A stretch of DNA of 64,000 nucleotides from Hydrolagus colliei (taxonomy: Eukaryota), in NCBI GenBank assembly GCA_035084275.1, contig CM068750.1, positions 5,456,001 through 5,520,000 of the forward strand. Direction: 5' to 3'. The notes below the pieces were generated by a model that worked only from the letters and a program-made list of their open reading frames with translations, did no database searches and was not told the DNA's origin. Below are positions 61,666 to 64,000 of this stretch, piece by piece. The first letter of the stretch is position 1. Each line of letters starts with the position of its first letter. The position numbers were made by a program, and so were the translations under genes.

Positions 61666-64000
61666 GTAGGTCATTTTATTGAACACAGCAATTGGAAATG
61701 CCAGCTGGATGAAGTACGGGTGGTTTTGTGAGATTGAGGTGAACCAATAATGAATCAATTCGGATGTCGGCTGCCTCACTTGTGCAACATCTGACTGGGG
61801 AGTTTGGCACTCTAGGTAAAAAGGAAAAAAGATTACATCTCCAAGCTTGTCGTCTTCTACCAAAAAGGTTAGGGGAAATAACCCTTGAAGGCACAATCCC
61901 ATGGCTAATTATAGATGGAGTAACGCAAACGCAAGACGTGAGATTTATAGAAATCTTGCAAGTTGGTGAGAAAATTTCAAATCCATGGTCAGACCTGTTT
62001 GCATGCTGTTATGAAAATAAAAACATAATTTTTATTATTATAAAAATAAAACGTAATAAAAACAACTCACATGAAGGCGTGATAGGTTTACATTTGAGAT
62101 GTTTTAACCTAATGAAATATTGGACTTGGTGGCATATTCTTCAGTAAGGCTTATAAATGCTCTTGTCTTGATGTTCATTTAAAATATCAGGCCAGGATTT
62201 TAAAAAAAAAATATTTTGAGAGTAAAAGTAGATGAATCATTTAGGATTGTCACCTTTCCACATTCTTATACTGTTAAGCTTTGAAGCCCAATATGTTGTC
62301 TCTCTCTTTCTGTATTCTTCGTACACACATACACACACGCACACAATACTAGATGGGCGCTGAGATGAAGCAACAATATTTGAAACTTTGCTTTGGACAC
62401 ACTGATTTCGGCCTCTCCCAATTGCCAAAATAGGCATGGCACTGGGTCAGGGAGCCCAAGATGGTTTAAATGTTACTTGTAAGACAGTACAAGTCTAACA
62501 AAGCATGACTCAGTCATTGTTGATGCTTTAGCGGACAGTGTCTTAACAATGCCAATTAAAAATCAAACCAATACTCTGTGCTGGAGAAAGGCCTTCTTCA
62601 TAGTTGGTGAAGATCCCTCAGGCAAAAATTGTTTAGTAGAAGAGTAGGGAGTGTGTGTGTGGTGGAGGAGTAGGTTAAGGCCATTCAGTCCCAAACCTAT
62701 CATGTAAGACAGGTTTTAAAGTGACATTTTAATCACATTTTCTGCCCTTGTAATATGTCTGACATACTGCATTCTATTCCATACCCCCCAACCAATCCTA
62801 ACCCTCACATGGTTAGGAGAGAGAGATCAAAAAAAGTTTGTTTCAAACAAAAGCTTAAGGATAAGGCCTAGGGAGAGTCTTATTGTGGGGTAATCAAGGT
62901 TAGTCAAGGTCACAACCATGACAAGTAGCATAAGTCACATGTAAATGAATATTAGATGACAGCTATATTGAAATGGATGGTAGAAATGGCTTGCTGGGCA
63001 TTGCTAGATTGCTGCCCAGTGGCTGAAAATAACACGTTGATGATTTTTACTCTGTTGTTCATTTGAATATTTTTTCCCCCCAGTGCTCCTATAATGAATG
63101 GTCACTCCTGTTTAAAATAACATTCTGAGCTTGTGTAGTAAAAAGATTTCATTCAGGTCGATCAGTAAATCAGGTGAAGTACATTCTTTGAAAGAGGATT
63201 AATGGTTAAAGCGAACTTAAAAACCTTGCCTACATTGAGTTTCTTATCACACCTGATCAGTTTAATACTCTATTTAACCTTATTGCAAAACTGTCTGGTG
63301 TGGTTATAGCTCTGATATATATACACACCTCCTCATTCATTATTGCAAGCCTTAATGACTTGAAGCTTTGCAACTTTATGGTGGTCAAATTACAATAAAA
63401 GAACAGTATGCATTTTGCGTTTTGACTTTCTACTCCTTCAAGTTCAACATTGCTACTTGATGTGCTTGTTCACTTTGCTCTTATGATTCTTTTAACAAAA
63501 ATCCATTCTCCTCAACACCACATGTTTGTTAAATGTTCATGGGGCAGTTTGTCTCACGGAATTTAGTTAGGAGCAAGCATATACTTGGCAATGTTTACCT
63601 CTGGTGTTTGGAAAAGTCTTAAACATTGTAATAGTGCCCTGAGAAATGTCCTCGCACATCACTGTTGTCTGGATGTGTGCCCAGAGTTTTTATTGGAAAT
63701 ACTGGGGCCTAATTTGTGGCATTTCTCTTTTTTTCGGTAAATGTTATTTTAATGGGTGTTTCATTATGTAACAGTAAATTTAACAACAGGAGAAAAATCA
63801 ACACTTGCTAGCACTGGAAGAAGATATCGTGTAATACTGCACATTGTTTGCAGTATTCCTTAACAGGATGCCTGAGGAATCCCAAGTCATGAAAAGTAGG
63901 GAATCTTTTAATCTTATACCGTTTAATGCCAGCCCTGGGAAACTCCACTCTGATATGATCTGGTTCAGGAACAAATAGAAATTTAACTGGGTTCCTTAAG

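Noticed and set aside
63065-63100. Strong-looking acceptor tttttccccccag as the possible next KIF26A exon
   Set aside because: In the required phase 1 it reads G|TG CTC CTA TAA, an immediate stop, with no KIF26 C-terminal similarity; the true next exon is probably beyond the window.
1-64000. CRISPR arrays, operons, prokaryotic defence systems or intact transposase/RT ORFs
   Set aside because: Eukaryotic intron-exon DNA; repeats are dispersed retroposon fragments with no regular repeat-spacer period, and the only long ORF is the KIF26A exon.

Overview
AT-rich vertebrate genomic DNA, not prokaryotic. The whole window lies inside one + strand gene, the atypical kinesin-11 family member KIF26A. 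Ten consecutive internal coding exons (15315-58580) have canonical GT-AG boundaries and compatible phases. They splice into a 5446-nt open frame (about 1815 codons) covering the N-terminal conserved region, the full degenerate motor domain and the large Ser/Pro-rich exon. The canonical first exons and the last exons lie outside the window. The introns hold many copies of a ~310-bp tRNA-derived SINE and 3' fragments of an L2-clade LINE that shares its tail. They also hold Penelope-type termini with decayed hammerhead-ribozyme cores and relics resembling ancient DeuSINE/AmnSINE1, AmnSINE2 and LF-SINE families. This repeat landscape suggests a cartilaginous fish, probably a chimaera such as Callorhinchus (inference). 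I found no convincing novel multi-gene system. The best leads are a ~50-bp long-range inverted repeat (10008-10680), a Penelope-derived hairpin just after the giant exon, two in-frame candidate alternative first coding exons, and the ancient SINE relics. Repeat family names and paralogue comparisons come from recalled sequences and need database confirmation.
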